A model generated the notes under the pieces. That model had not been told where the DNA came from. It did no database searches and saw only the letters and a list, made by a program, of their open reading frames with translations. Shown here in pieces: positions 38,942 through 48,551 of a stretch of DNA of 64,000 nucleotides. How positions within the stretch are numbered: the stretch's first letter is position 1; the number at the start of each line of letters is the position of its first letter. The stretch spans positions 224,001 to 288,000 of the forward strand of contig JAVZCZ010000001.1 of assembly GCA_038874135.1 (NCBI GenBank), given 5' to 3'. Source of the stretch: Candidatus Woesearchaeota archaeon. GTDB lineage: Archaea; Nanobdellota; Nanobdellia; Woesearchaeales; 0-14-0-80-44-23. The translations under genes were made by a program, and so were the position numbers.

Positions 38942-39421
38942 TCAACCTCCAAATGTGCGCACTTCTAGCTTGCATAGAGAATCGTTTAATATGACTATTC
39001 TGTTAGAAACTGAAACAAGCTTTGAAGTTTTGTTTATGCCTGCAAAGAATACAATGCTGGAATTTTCAGTTATGAGTATTTGAAAATCATTTCTAACATG
39101 AAAAAGTGATTTCATCCTAGAATAGTTTGAAGCCACTTCTGAAAAGGCATTTAGCTTATCAACATTTATCCTACTCCCATCCTCACTTATTCCTAGCCGT
39201 ATAACATTGGAAGAGTTCCAGTCCTGAGGGTATCCTGGAGTCAAAAGAGCGCTGGCTATTGAAGATGCTTCAATTCTTAGACCCTCTGAGTCAAGCTCAT
39301 CATAGGAAAAAATGTCTCCACTGTACATAAAGTATAAAATTACTGCAAATGTGAATATGAGAAGGCCTACCATGAAGTCAATAGACCAGACTTGAGCCAT
39401 TCTCTTAGCTTTTTTCTTCAT
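38942..39421 (-). CDS. Minor pilin-like protein
   Basis: KKKAKRMA/QVWSIDFMVGLLIF; TPGYPQDW. Confidence 0.78.
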   Translation of the reverse strand: MKKKAKRMAQVWSIDFMVGLLIFTFAVILYFMYSGDIFSYDELDSEGLRIEASSIASALLTPGYPQDWNSSNVIRLGISEDGSRINVDKLNAFSEVASNYSRMKSLFHVRNDFQILITENSSIVFFAGINKTSKLVSVSNRIVILNDSLCKLEVRTFGG

Positions 39422-39432
39422 GTAAATCTTCC

Positions 39433-39846
39433 TCAGGGGCATTCTGCCATGTTTATGCATATTGTTCCATTTTGCTTTTGGATATTATTTACTCCGGTTT
39501 TGATATAACCTGAAACTGGGATTATGCTCAGCAATTCAGAGTATTTGTCTGATAAGACGAGCACATAATTGCCTATGATTAGTGCCTGATAGTTCCTTCC
39601 ATAAATATTTTGAGGAATAGTAAAATTCCTTGAATACCCGTCTGAAACTACTGCAGCAGTATCAATCTCATATTGAATCTTGAGAGCTATCTCACGAATC
39701 ATCTTAATCTCATAGTGATCTCTGAGCATCTTCTCCCGCTCGTAGATCATTCCCAGAAAGCTTAGCATTATTAACATTGCAAAAGAGATGAATATTATGA
39801 ATTCTAGGGAGAGCTGACCGCTCTTTTTAATTCTCAACTTTTTCAC
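39433..39846 (-). CDS. Minor pilin-like protein
   Basis: KKSG/QLSLEFIIF; DGYSRNFTIP. Confidence 0.8.
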   Translation of the reverse strand: MKKLRIKKSGQLSLEFIIFISFAMLIMLSFLGMIYEREKMLRDHYEIKMIREIALKIQYEIDTAAVVSDGYSRNFTIPQNIYGRNYQALIIGNYVLVLSDKYSELLSIIPVSGYIKTGVNNIQKQNGTICINMAECP

Positions 39847-39852
39847 CCATAA

Positions 39853-40284
39853 TTAGCTGCTCACTACAACTGAAGAGTTGTAAGCTTCAAATTTTAAATA
39901 CTTAAAGCCTTGCTGCGGATTTACGCTTCCTGTAATGTTTACCCTGCACGGGACGGCAATTTCTGACAATGAACCTGAAATCTCAATTGTAATTACGACT
40001 TCATTGTTACTGAGGTTTATGGCTTTTACATTTTTTGGGATGTAAACCTTAAGCATGCTCTTAGAAGGCGTTCCGGTGTAATACACAATCTCTGCTTCAT
40101 CTACGATCTGGCGTGCAATCCTCTCAGCCTGTCTGATAGCAAAAATATTATTAGTTTCTTGGGTCTGAGTGTAAAAAACAATTATGGTTGGTATTATCAT
40201 TAATGTTGCAAATCCAAGTATTATTGAGAATTCTAAGCTCACCTGAGCTGACCTGCCACCTCTTTTTTTCATATCTATTCCCAC
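39853..40284 (-). CDS. Minor pilin-like protein
   Basis: GRSA/QVSLEFSIILGF; AEIVYYTG. Confidence 0.8.
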   Translation of the reverse strand: MGIDMKKRGGRSAQVSLEFSIILGFATLMIIPTIIVFYTQTQETNNIFAIRQAERIARQIVDEAEIVYYTGTPSKSMLKVYIPKNVKAINLSNNEVVITIEISGSLSEIAVPCRVNITGSVNPQQGFKYLKFEAYNSSVVVSS

Positions 40285-40290
40285 CTGGAG

Positions 40291-40968
40291 CTACTTCTCC
40301 TGAGTTTTAAGCTTTTTATAAAAATTTAGAGCATTCAATATGTCCTGCCTCTCAAGCGTAGCCCATTCTTTTCCAGTAAAGACTATCTTAGCACCTGGAG
40401 AATCCCAAAGCAGCAGTGCAGATGCCTCGGGGGGATTGTTCTTTATTATCAGGGATGGGCTAGGAAAGTATGAGCTGGATATGTTCTCCTTTATGGTTTC
40501 CCTGCCAATTGAAGACGGCTCCATCTTGCCAGACAATGCCTTTAATGCTATTATCTTACAAGCGTCGGCTATCTCGTCCCTTCCATCATAGTTTATACAC
40601 ATATTAAAGAAGAGCTCGCTTTTTTCAGAAGTTGAAGTTATGAGCTCTTTTAAGACTTCTACAATTTCAGAAGGTAGGTCGTACCACTTTCCAAAAGCGG
40701 ATATTCTCGTCTGGCAATTCTTAGAGAGCTCCTTAAGTGAAGTTGCTGCTTCAGCTATTGAAGATATTGAGATTGAAAACTCTTCATTCTTTAAAGCAGT
40801 GTCTAATAGGTAGAGTGTCATTATTTTTATCTGCAGCTCTCTCTGAATTTCAAAGAGCATAAGAACTAATTCCTTCCTCCTGTTATAAAGGCTCAGAGAA
40901 GAAGGACTTTCAAACATAGTTATTGCAACATGCTCCGGAAGCTCCCCCTCTTTGAATTGTCCTGACAT
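40291..40968 (-). CDS. Degenerate cis-prenyltransferase (UppS-fold) homolog
   Basis: LPEHVAI, NYDGRDEIADA, PSLII, LLWDS...W; DGNRR and RTSGE.RLS motifs absent. Confidence 0.75.
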   Translation of the reverse strand: MSGQFKEGELPEHVAITMFESPSSLSLYNRRKELVLMLFEIQRELQIKIMTLYLLDTALKNEEFSISISSIAEAATSLKELSKNCQTRISAFGKWYDLPSEIVEVLKELITSTSEKSELFFNMCINYDGRDEIADACKIIALKALSGKMEPSSIGRETIKENISSSYFPSPSLIIKNNPPEASALLLWDSPGAKIVFTGKEWATLERQDILNALNFYKKLKTQEK

Positions 40969-41026
40969 TTTAGCGTTTTATTTTTTAATTATTACACTCC
41001 CTAGCCTATTATCTTAGATGAGAAGG

Positions 41027-41034
41027 TTTATAAA
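41027..41034. promoter_or_regulatory. Palindromic TATA box between divergent pilus operon and prepilin peptidase
   Basis: TTTATAAA starts 31 nt before ATG 41058 and reads identically on the minus strand. Confidence 0.55.
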
Positions 41035-41057
41035 GCTTTTGAGATTTTCAAGAAGAG

Positions 41058-41936
41058 ATGCTCACAATTTTAGAGTTCTGGCTCTACGGAGTGGCAGCTG
41101 CCTGCATGCTATTCAGTTCGATATCTGACATAAAAAAGTTGGAAGTGCCAGACTTTTCAAGCTACTTCATGATATCCTTCGGACTGGGCGCGAGACTAAT
41201 ATACTCTATAATATTCGGAAGTTTTATCCAATTCTTAGATGGAATTCTTGGACTAGCCTTTTTTTCAGGAATAGGCCTCTTGATGTATTATCTTGGGCAG
41301 TGGGGCGGGGGGGATACTAAGATTACAATGGGCTTCGGAGCAATAGCCGGGCTAGGAATTAAGAACAGCTTTTTCCCGATTCTAACCTTTATAGTTATGT
41401 TAGTTAGTGGTGCAGTTCTCGGAATATTTTACAGCCTTTACAACTACCTAAAAAATTTCAAAGAGAGCAATAATCAAATTTTAAATATGCTCAGAAAGAA
41501 TAGACCTTTTGAAATAATAATTTGGGCCACAGCAACAATACTTGCTCTTATTCTACTAATTTTGAAAATTTTTAACCCGGCCGCTCTACTACTCCTAGCA
41601 GTCATAATTATTCTTTATTATCTAGCCATATGGCTTTCAGCAGTTCAAGAAGTTTCAATGATTAAACTGGTAAGTCCAAAAGAGCTTGTAGAAGGAGACT
41701 GGCTAGTGGAAGATATAAAAGTAAAAGGTAAAGTAGTAGTTAAGAAGAGCAGAACTGGCATTGAGAAGAAGGATATTGATAAGATAATCAAGCTTTACAA
41801 GAAGGGAAGCATAAAAAAGGTTAAGGTAAAGTATGGAATGCCGTTCGTCCCAAGCTTCTTCATAGGGCTGCTGCTCTCTCTACTGTTCAAGAATAATATC
41901 CTCGCATTCCTAAGAGCACTTCAAGATCTCTTATAA
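41058..41936 (+). CDS. Prepilin/preflagellin peptidase (A24 family)
   Basis: SISDIKKLEVPD, WGGGDTK (GxGD), LVEGDW, GMPFVPSF. Confidence 0.9.
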   Translation: MLTILEFWLYGVAAACMLFSSISDIKKLEVPDFSSYFMISFGLGARLIYSIIFGSFIQFLDGILGLAFFSGIGLLMYYLGQWGGGDTKITMGFGAIAGLGIKNSFFPILTFIVMLVSGAVLGIFYSLYNYLKNFKESNNQILNMLRKNRPFEIIIWATATILALILLILKIFNPAALLLLAVIIILYYLAIWLSAVQEVSMIKLVSPKELVEGDWLVEDIKVKGKVVVKKSRTGIEKKDIDKIIKLYKKGSIKKVKVKYGMPFVPSFFIGLLLSLLFKNNILAFLRALQDLL

Positions 41937-41942
41937 AAAAAT

Positions 41943-42563
41943 TCAAGGCATCCTTCTAAGCTGCTTTATTAGATAGTTCTCAACCCTTTCCGCCCTATCA
42001 GGAGTTTTGCTCTGCTCAGCTTTTGATCCTGCATTCTCAGCTGGCTTTTCAGCTTTCTGCACAGATTCTGGTGTTGATGCTTCCTGCCCTGGTTCTAACT
42101 TCCTATCAAGATTTATTGGCTTTGGCTTCTCCTTCTCAAAATTAGAAATCTGCTTAGCCTGCTCTTTCAATGCAAGCTCCACCATAGACATTTGCTCTTC
42201 AGAAAGCTGCCTTGGCTGCCACTGAAAGTTAATGCCGTCTTCAGAATAGCGCGGGATTATGTGGATGAGAAGGTGTGCAGTGTCCTGCCCTGCAGCTTCG
42301 CCATTCTGAACGAGAATATTAGTGCCCTGAGCGTCCAAGGCAGAAAAAAGCACCGCGGAAATGCTATTAGCCACAACAAGAAGGTGTCCTGCAACATAAT
42401 CAGGAGTAGCTTCCAAGATAGGATAATGCTGCTTTGGAGCTAAAACTACATGCCCACGCGAAACGGGCCGCTCACTCAGAAAAGCCACTGCCATCTCATC
42501 TTCATAAATCTTAAAACTTCTAAACTTACCTGCAATCGCATCACAGACCATACAACTACTCAT
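41943..42563 (-). CDS. HIT-fold protein, degenerate triad (HLLIH), low-complexity C-terminal tail
   Basis: CMVC, GHVVLAPKQH, NILVQNG..AGQ...HLLIHIIPR. Confidence 0.85.
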   Translation of the reverse strand: MSSCMVCDAIAGKFRSFKIYEDEMAVAFLSERPVSRGHVVLAPKQHYPILEATPDYVAGHLLVVANSISAVLFSALDAQGTNILVQNGEAAGQDTAHLLIHIIPRYSEDGINFQWQPRQLSEEQMSMVELALKEQAKQISNFEKEKPKPINLDRKLEPGQEASTPESVQKAEKPAENAGSKAEQSKTPDRAERVENYLIKQLRRMP

Positions 42564-43118
42564 CTAGGCACCCCTCTCTTTTCCAACTAGGACTAACTTC
42601 TTATCAAGATTAACAGGTTCAGAAGCCTTTCTGCCAAAAAGTTCTGAAAATTTCTGTACAATCAAAGACTGCACTCCTTCCAGCTCCTTCTCAGAAAACC
42701 CCTTTCCCTCCAGAGAGAAAGCAGAAATCCCATCCGAAGGCATCCTCGGAATTATGTGAATCATGAAGTGAGAAGCCTTCTGCCCAGCAGCAGTCCCATT
42801 AGCAATGAATATGTTCGTGCCCTTAACATTAAAAGCCCTTATCAGCGCATTTGAAAGATGCTTAGAAACCTCCATAAGATGATAAACAATTTCGGGTGGG
42901 ATTTGAGGAAGTATCGCATAGTGCTCCTTAGGAAAAAGGAGCAGATGCCCAGGATTAGCAGGATTAATATCCAAAATTGCCAATACTGAATCATCTTCAT
43001 AGACCTTCCTGGACTGAACTTGACCGGAGACTATGTGACAGAATATGCACTGCTGCTTCTGAATTCTAAGAATCTGTTCGGGACTCAACTTAGAAAGATC
43101 TCCCTCTGAAACTGCCAT
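42564..43118 (-). CDS. HIT-fold protein, degenerate triad (HFMIH)
   Basis: CIFC, LDINPANPGH, NIFIANG..AGQ...HFMIHIIPR. Confidence 0.85.
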   Translation of the reverse strand: MAVSEGDLSKLSPEQILRIQKQQCIFCHIVSGQVQSRKVYEDDSVLAILDINPANPGHLLLFPKEHYAILPQIPPEIVYHLMEVSKHLSNALIRAFNVKGTNIFIANGTAAGQKASHFMIHIIPRMPSDGISAFSLEGKGFSEKELEGVQSLIVQKFSELFGRKASEPVNLDKKLVLVGKERGA

Positions 43119-43163
43119 AAGAGATATTTAAAAAGTTGAGTTAATAAATCTTTCTTATGATAA

Positions 43164-44387
43164 TTATATTATTCCTCCACCACATATTTTATTATTTAAA
43201 ACTAGAACAAATCTGCCCATAGGTTGAACCTCTTCAAATTTGTCAAAGATTAGTGGTGAAGAAGTAGAAATTTTAACCTTGCATATTTCCAAAAAATTGA
43301 TTTTAGAATTATCATCCTTAATAATATGAAGGTCAGCTGAATCAATTTTTTCATAAATCTCAGTTATACTGCAATCCGTCTTTTGAGGACCTAGTCTTAA
43401 AAGTATTTTTTCATTGAGATTTAATGAAGTTTCAGATATCCAAAATATAGTTGCAGTTACTTCTTTCGAAATGATTGGCATTGCTCCATTACAAATTACA
43501 CATCCCCGATCAATTTTTGTTTTTGGTTCTATACTTATTCCTACACTTTCTCCACTATTTACTTCATACTTTTGTTTTAGAAATGAATGTATTTGACTTA
43601 CGCGTGTTTCAGTATTGTAAGGAACAATTATGACATTATCGCCAACTTTTAATCTGCCAGATTCTAATCTTCCAACTATTATTTGTTGGTTATCTATATC
43701 ATAAACATCTTGAACTACCATACGCACGCTTGGATTGCTTTCTTTCTTAGGTAAAATAAAACTATCCAAAGCTTCTGCTAAAGTATTGCCATCATACCAC
43801 GGCATATTCTCTGATTTTCTCACTATGTTATCCCCATCCCTAGCTGTTATTGGAATGATGCTCATCGGGGTTATTGTGATGTTATTCAGAAATTTGAGTA
43901 TTTCAGATTTCACTTCTTCAAATCTTTTTTTATCATAATTAACTAAATCCATCTTGTTTATTACCACAATAATTTGAGATATTCCTAAAAAGTTCAGGAG
44001 ATATGCGTGTCTTTTTGTTTGCTCTTTTACACCTTCCTTTGCATCGATTATTAGAATTCCTGCTTCGGCTTGAGAAGCTCCTGTGATCATATTTTTTATT
44101 AACTCTTTATGTCCCGGCGCATCAATTATTGTATATTTTCTATTTTTTGTTTTAAAAAACACTTGAGTTGTGTCCATAGTAAACTGGTATTCTATCTCCT
44201 CTTTCAAGCTATCTGCAATAAATGCAAATTCCATTTCCTGGCCTAGCTCTGAACAATTTCTTTTCAATTCCTTCAATTTATCTTCAGGAATGCTATTTGT
44301 ATCAAAAAGTAATCTTCCAATTAGAGTGGACTTACCGTGATCAACATGCCCAACTATAACCATGTTTATATTTGCACATTCTTCCAT
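43164..44387 (-). CDS. cysN: Sulfate adenylyltransferase large subunit (GTPase), no fused APS kinase
   Basis: [53 protein letters not shown]; clustered with cysD. Confidence 0.88.
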   Translation of the reverse strand: MEECANINMVIVGHVDHGKSTLIGRLLFDTNSIPEDKLKELKRNCSELGQEMEFAFIADSLKEEIEYQFTMDTTQVFFKTKNRKYTIIDAPGHKELIKNMITGASQAEAGILIIDAKEGVKEQTKRHAYLLNFLGISQIIVVINKMDLVNYDKKRFEEVKSEILKFLNNITITPMSIIPITARDGDNIVRKSENMPWYDGNTLAEALDSFILPKKESNPSVRMVVQDVYDIDNQQIIVGRLESGRLKVGDNVIIVPYNTETRVSQIHSFLKQKYEVNSGESVGISIEPKTKIDRGCVICNGAMPIISKEVTATIFWISETSLNLNEKILLRLGPQKTDCSITEIYEKIDSADLHIIKDDNSKINFLEICKVKISTSSPLIFDKFEEVQPMGRFVLVLNNKICGGGII

Positions 44388-45241
44388 TAATGAATCACCT
44401 TAATTAATAGTATAATCCCTTCAATAAGAGTTGCAGTTCCTATAAAATGAGTTAAAGTTTCAGTATTTGAATTTTTAACAGTTAAGGTTGCAAGAGGAAC
44501 CGCAATAATAGCTCCAATTAATAGGTACGGTAGTAAAATCCAATCAACTGATTTTTTCAGTATAAAATAAGTCGTGATCCCAACAAAACAGGTTAGTGCT
44601 TCAGCAAATGAAGTGATAGCCACCGCTTTTTTAGCATTTATCCCAGCAAATAGTTGACCACTAGTCACAAGTGGGCCATAACCTCCCCCGCTAACTCCTT
44701 TGTTAAAAGAAGCCATAGCACTTACTAAAATTAATTTTCTCCAAGAAAATTTGGTTACTCTATTTAGACGTATCAAGATTAATAAACTCATAAATATTAT
44801 CATAATGCTAATATAAAGGTTTAACCAAAATTGTGAAATCTTTATTGCAAAGATTATTGCAGCAATAGTTCCGAATATGCTGCATATTGAAAGTATTGCT
44901 GCAATTTTTAAATCTAAAGATATTTTTGACGATATATTGTTTTTATTGGTGCTTCTAATTTTTTTGTTAAAAATATGGATAATAAATTCAGGTATTTTCG
45001 AGTGAAAATCAACGTTTCCAAGTTTATGATGAAAATATGCAGCTAAAATTCCGGTTACAAACTCTGAGAGAAGAATAGCTGGAACGACTTGAAACGAATC
45101 AAATCCCATGAGTAATAAAATTGGAGCGAGCAGTGTACCATAACCCATTCCGATAGTTGAATCAAAAAATTCTGCTATGAATGCAAAAATTATTATTACT
45201 ACACCTAAAATTGGATAAAGTGTGAATGTCAAGCTGTACAC
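44387..45241 (-). CDS. TauE/SafE (TSUP) family sulfur-compound transporter
   Basis: [16 protein letters not shown] and [12 protein letters not shown] repeats; multiple TM segments. Confidence 0.85.
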   Translation of the reverse strand: MYSLTFTLYPILGVVIIIFAFIAEFFDSTIGMGYGTLLAPILLLMGFDSFQVVPAILLSEFVTGILAAYFHHKLGNVDFHSKIPEFIIHIFNKKIRSTNKNNISSKISLDLKIAAILSICSIFGTIAAIIFAIKISQFWLNLYISIMIIFMSLLILIRLNRVTKFSWRKLILVSAMASFNKGVSGGGYGPLVTSGQLFAGINAKKAVAITSFAEALTCFVGITTYFILKKSVDWILLPYLLIGAIIAVPLATLTVKNSNTETLTHFIGTATLIEGIILLIKVIH

Positions 45242-45242
45242 C

Positions 45243-46043
45243 TCACATGTATCCTAAGCTCCTAAGTTTTTGCATCATGTAGCTCTTTTCTTTATCTTGT
45301 GAACGACCAGACCTTTCGGCTATTTTTGTTATTTCAAGTTCTTTAACTATTTCTTCAACATTAGAAGCGTTAGATTCAACAGGGAGACAACAGGGAGCGC
45401 AGCCTATACTGCGGTAACGTTTACCATCTTTTGCAAAGTAAAGTGGTACAATTGGAATATTTTCCCTTTGTATATACCGCCATATATCCAGCTCAGTCCA
45501 GTGAAGTAGAGGATGAACTCTTATATGATTTTCGTTATCATATAAGGTGTTGTACTGATCCCAAAGCTCAGCAGGCTGGTGTTTATAGTCCCAATTGAAG
45601 TTTTCATCTCTTGGCGAAAAATATCTTTCTTTAGCTCTTATTCCGTGCTCATCTCTTCTTATACCAAGGAGTATTGCTCTGAATTTGTATTTTTCTATTG
45701 TTTGTTTAAGTGCTTCTGTTTTAAGTGCAGTACAACATTCAAATCTACCTTTTTCAGGTCCTATTCCGTTTTTAATTGCTTCTTCATTCTTGCTTACTAT
45801 TAGATTGAGATTCCATTTTTCAGCATACTCGTCTCTAAATTTATATATCTCAGGAATTTTATAGGTTGTATCAATGTGTATAATAGGAAAAGGAATTTTT
45901 CCAAAAAAAGCTTTTCTCGCCATCCACAACAAACTGGTGGAATCTTTACCTATACTCCACAAAAGAGCTATATTTCTAAATTCAGAATATGCTTCTCTTA
46001 TTATATATATCGTCTTATTTTCTAAATACTCTAAGTAATCCAA
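45243..46043 (-). CDS. cysD: Sulfate adenylyltransferase small subunit
   Basis: WSIGKDS PP-loop, HIDT, LKTEALK, RRDEHGIRAKERYFS, RVHPLLHWTE, YRSIGC, ERSGR; TTG start with GGAGG SD. Confidence 0.93.
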   Translation of the reverse strand: MDYLEYLENKTIYIIREAYSEFRNIALLWSIGKDSTSLLWMARKAFFGKIPFPIIHIDTTYKIPEIYKFRDEYAEKWNLNLIVSKNEEAIKNGIGPEKGRFECCTALKTEALKQTIEKYKFRAILLGIRRDEHGIRAKERYFSPRDENFNWDYKHQPAELWDQYNTLYDNENHIRVHPLLHWTELDIWRYIQRENIPIVPLYFAKDGKRYRSIGCAPCCLPVESNASNVEEIVKELEITKIAERSGRSQDKEKSYMMQKLRSLGYM

Positions 46044-46085
46044 TTTAATATCCTCCTTCTAACATTTATTTTTAATTTTCAAAAG

Positions 46086-48032
46086 TTATTGCAATAAACT
46101 TTTTCCTTCAAAGGATTGAGAGTAGTTAATTTTTAATATATCCAATATTGTAGGGGCTATATCAATTAAGGAGGGATTCTTTTTATTAATCGGAAAATTT
46201 GTGAAAAGTACTCCTGGAACCTCGCTATAATCTACAATATGATCTCCATTCCATAGTTTAGTATTATCCATGATAACTTCAGAAGTAAAACCTCCAATAA
46301 CGCTTTGCCAAGCCATACGATAACCTGGCTCAAATCCTATTAATATATCTGGAGAATCAAATACATAATCGCCGGAGTATATATCAGTAGATTTGTAAAC
46401 TTTTTTTATGATCGTTCTATTTGTTTTAGGATCTTTGAAATCTTTTAATCGCATAATTATCTCATCAATGAGAATTTCTTTATTCTCGGGATCAACAATT
46501 CCGTTTTTTTCTCTTCCTTTAAGGTTTAAGTAAATTCCTGAAAAACCTACAGAATAAGCTTGAGTTTTATTCCAATCCACATATTTGAAAAGTTCACCTG
46601 CATCATTCTCACTGATATTTTTTTTCAAAGTCAAAAACCCATTTCTCATAAGCCACGTATTTATATTAACAGCTCTTTCAAAACTAGTAAATCCGTGGTC
46701 TGAGAATATTATAAGCGCAGTATTATTATCGATACTATCTAACACTTTTCCAATTAGTTCATCTTTCTGCGTATAATAGTTTATAATTGCTTCATTAATT
46801 AAAAAATCTTTCGAGAAATTAAAAATATTTTTATCATCCCAATTGACATGTTGAAGCCTATCCCCCGCGTCAAAACCAAAAGCTAGCACGCCAGAATCTC
46901 TTTGTTTAAACTTATTAAACTCATAAAAAAACATTTTAGTTCTTTCAGATTCAATCTGGTTTATTTGATCTAAAAAAACTTTTCTCGGTATTGCATAATC
47001 ATTAAGTGCATTAGTATCCTCTGGCATTCCGAGAGTATAAAATAATCCAATTTCTCTCGAAAGTTTATAAGAGTAGTCCCTCGGATAGGATATATCAACT
47101 AGCGTTCTTTCAGGATTAAACTGAATTGAAGTCATATACAAACGAAAGTTCGGCTCTATTGATAAAAGATACACTTTAGTTATTGCAGATACCTGTTTTA
47201 AAAAACCCACATTGAAATCAATTTTTATCCAATCGCTCCATTCATTCACTTTAACCTCATACTTTTGAGCATCTAAAAAGATGGTGATGTTATTCTTGTC
47301 TAAGACAATTTTAATTGACTTTTCAATAGGTTTCATATTAGATGATAGAGGTCCTTTGATTACAGAATTAATTATCCCGTTACTCATCGACACATGGATT
47401 ATGTGGGGTGAGCTGTTTTCGGATAAATCCGAAGCATAGAGATAGTATCCGCTTTCAAAACCTCTTATATCAGGAACACCAAGACCAGAAAGCATTACAC
47501 CGTTGATTTTCTCAGGAGGAAAAGTTGCTGGCCACCTTATCACATCAGTAGGTACTCCTGCATCCGAAGTGATCTTCCAAAATGGAACACTTTTTATAGG
47601 ACTTTCGAAGATAAGACCATTTTTAAATTTTTGTTTTGTAATTGATATTTCAGGCAGATAAGTGTTTGGATCTCTTATTATAAAATCTATAACGCCATGT
47701 TTTCCTGGATTTACTCCTGTAGCAGCAGTTGTCCAAGCTACTGGAGTCTCAGGAGGGATAGTAGTTTCAAGTGCAGAAAAACTTCCAAGCTTTGATAATC
47801 GTAAAAAGTTAGGAAGCTTACCTTCTCTCATAAGCTCATTAACTATTTTATAATCCATTGCATCAATCCCAATTATAAGAACTTTAGTATAATTGCCAGC
47901 CATTGAACCACTTTTATTTTTTTTTTCAAAAAAAATTGGATTTTTTAATGTTAAAAATAAAATCAAGCAGGAAATAATAAGTAATAAGAATATAAATATT
48001 TTGATTGTCTGAATACCACTCACTTTTAACAT
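46086..48032 (-). CDS. Membrane-anchored alkaline phosphatase/nucleotide pyrophosphatase (NPP) family protein
   Basis: N-terminal TM; IGIDAMD, PPETPVAW...TGVNPGKHG, DRLQH, SDHGF, GDH, DIAPTIL. Confidence 0.88.
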   Translation of the reverse strand: MLKVSGIQTIKIFIFLLLIISCLILFLTLKNPIFFEKKNKSGSMAGNYTKVLIIGIDAMDYKIVNELMREGKLPNFLRLSKLGSFSALETTIPPETPVAWTTAATGVNPGKHGVIDFIIRDPNTYLPEISITKQKFKNGLIFESPIKSVPFWKITSDAGVPTDVIRWPATFPPEKINGVMLSGLGVPDIRGFESGYYLYASDLSENSSPHIIHVSMSNGIINSVIKGPLSSNMKPIEKSIKIVLDKNNITIFLDAQKYEVKVNEWSDWIKIDFNVGFLKQVSAITKVYLLSIEPNFRLYMTSIQFNPERTLVDISYPRDYSYKLSREIGLFYTLGMPEDTNALNDYAIPRKVFLDQINQIESERTKMFFYEFNKFKQRDSGVLAFGFDAGDRLQHVNWDDKNIFNFSKDFLINEAIINYYTQKDELIGKVLDSIDNNTALIIFSDHGFTSFERAVNINTWLMRNGFLTLKKNISENDAGELFKYVDWNKTQAYSVGFSGIYLNLKGREKNGIVDPENKEILIDEIIMRLKDFKDPKTNRTIIKKVYKSTDIYSGDYVFDSPDILIGFEPGYRMAWQSVIGGFTSEVIMDNTKLWNGDHIVDYSEVPGVLFTNFPINKKNPSLIDIAPTILDILKINYSQSFEGKSLLQ

Positions 48033-48035
48033 TCT

Positions 48036-48275
48036 TTAATCACCATTCTGCATCTTTAAACTCTTGATCCAACGCCATAATTTTAGTATTACTTTTTTCA
48101 TTGGCCTAAACAAGATTTTTATAAAGAAACCAGCAATTACTGAAAAAATAAATAGTAGATAAGGCCAGATTGAACCTACAACTATTCCTCCAGTTCCAGG
48201 ATCAATATAAGCTGAAACTGACGGAAGCAATAGTAAAAAAGTCAATAAGTAAATTAACTCATCAGTAATTCTCAT
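48036..48275 (-). CDS. Small membrane protein with signal peptide and AYIDPGTG motif
   Basis: Hydrophobic signal ending VSA, then YIDPGTGG, one TM segment and a basic tail; first gene of the operon. Confidence 0.75.
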   Translation of the reverse strand: MRITDELIYLLTFLLLLPSVSAYIDPGTGGIVVGSIWPYLLFIFSVIAGFFIKILFRPMKKVILKLWRWIKSLKMQNGD

Positions 48276-48551
48276 AACTTCACACTAATAAAAAATGGGT
48301 ATATAAAGATTGCTAGATCAGATATAAAGATTTAAAAAATAACAGTAAATTTAAACCAGATGAAATATTTCAGTATTTAATAAGCAGAATTCATAATCTT
48401 TAAAAATGGAACAAGTATTTTAGAAGATAGTTAATGCTTAAGTAAATTTAAAATACAAAGTGAATAATTTTTACAAGTAAAATAAAGGTTTGTTTATTGA
48501 ATTAAAAATGATAGCAATAACTAAAAAAAGAACAAATTAAAGTGGTTTCCT

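Noticed and set aside
30493-41936. Archaellum (motility) operon
   Set aside because: No flaB-type archaellin, flaH, flaF/G or chemotaxis genes; two separate platform genes and a VWA adhesin indicate a pilus
43164-44387. Second EF-1 alpha or SelB paralog
   Set aside because: The similarity is explained by CysN's ancestry; it lies in an operon with cysD and has CysN-type QTKRH and C-terminal motifs
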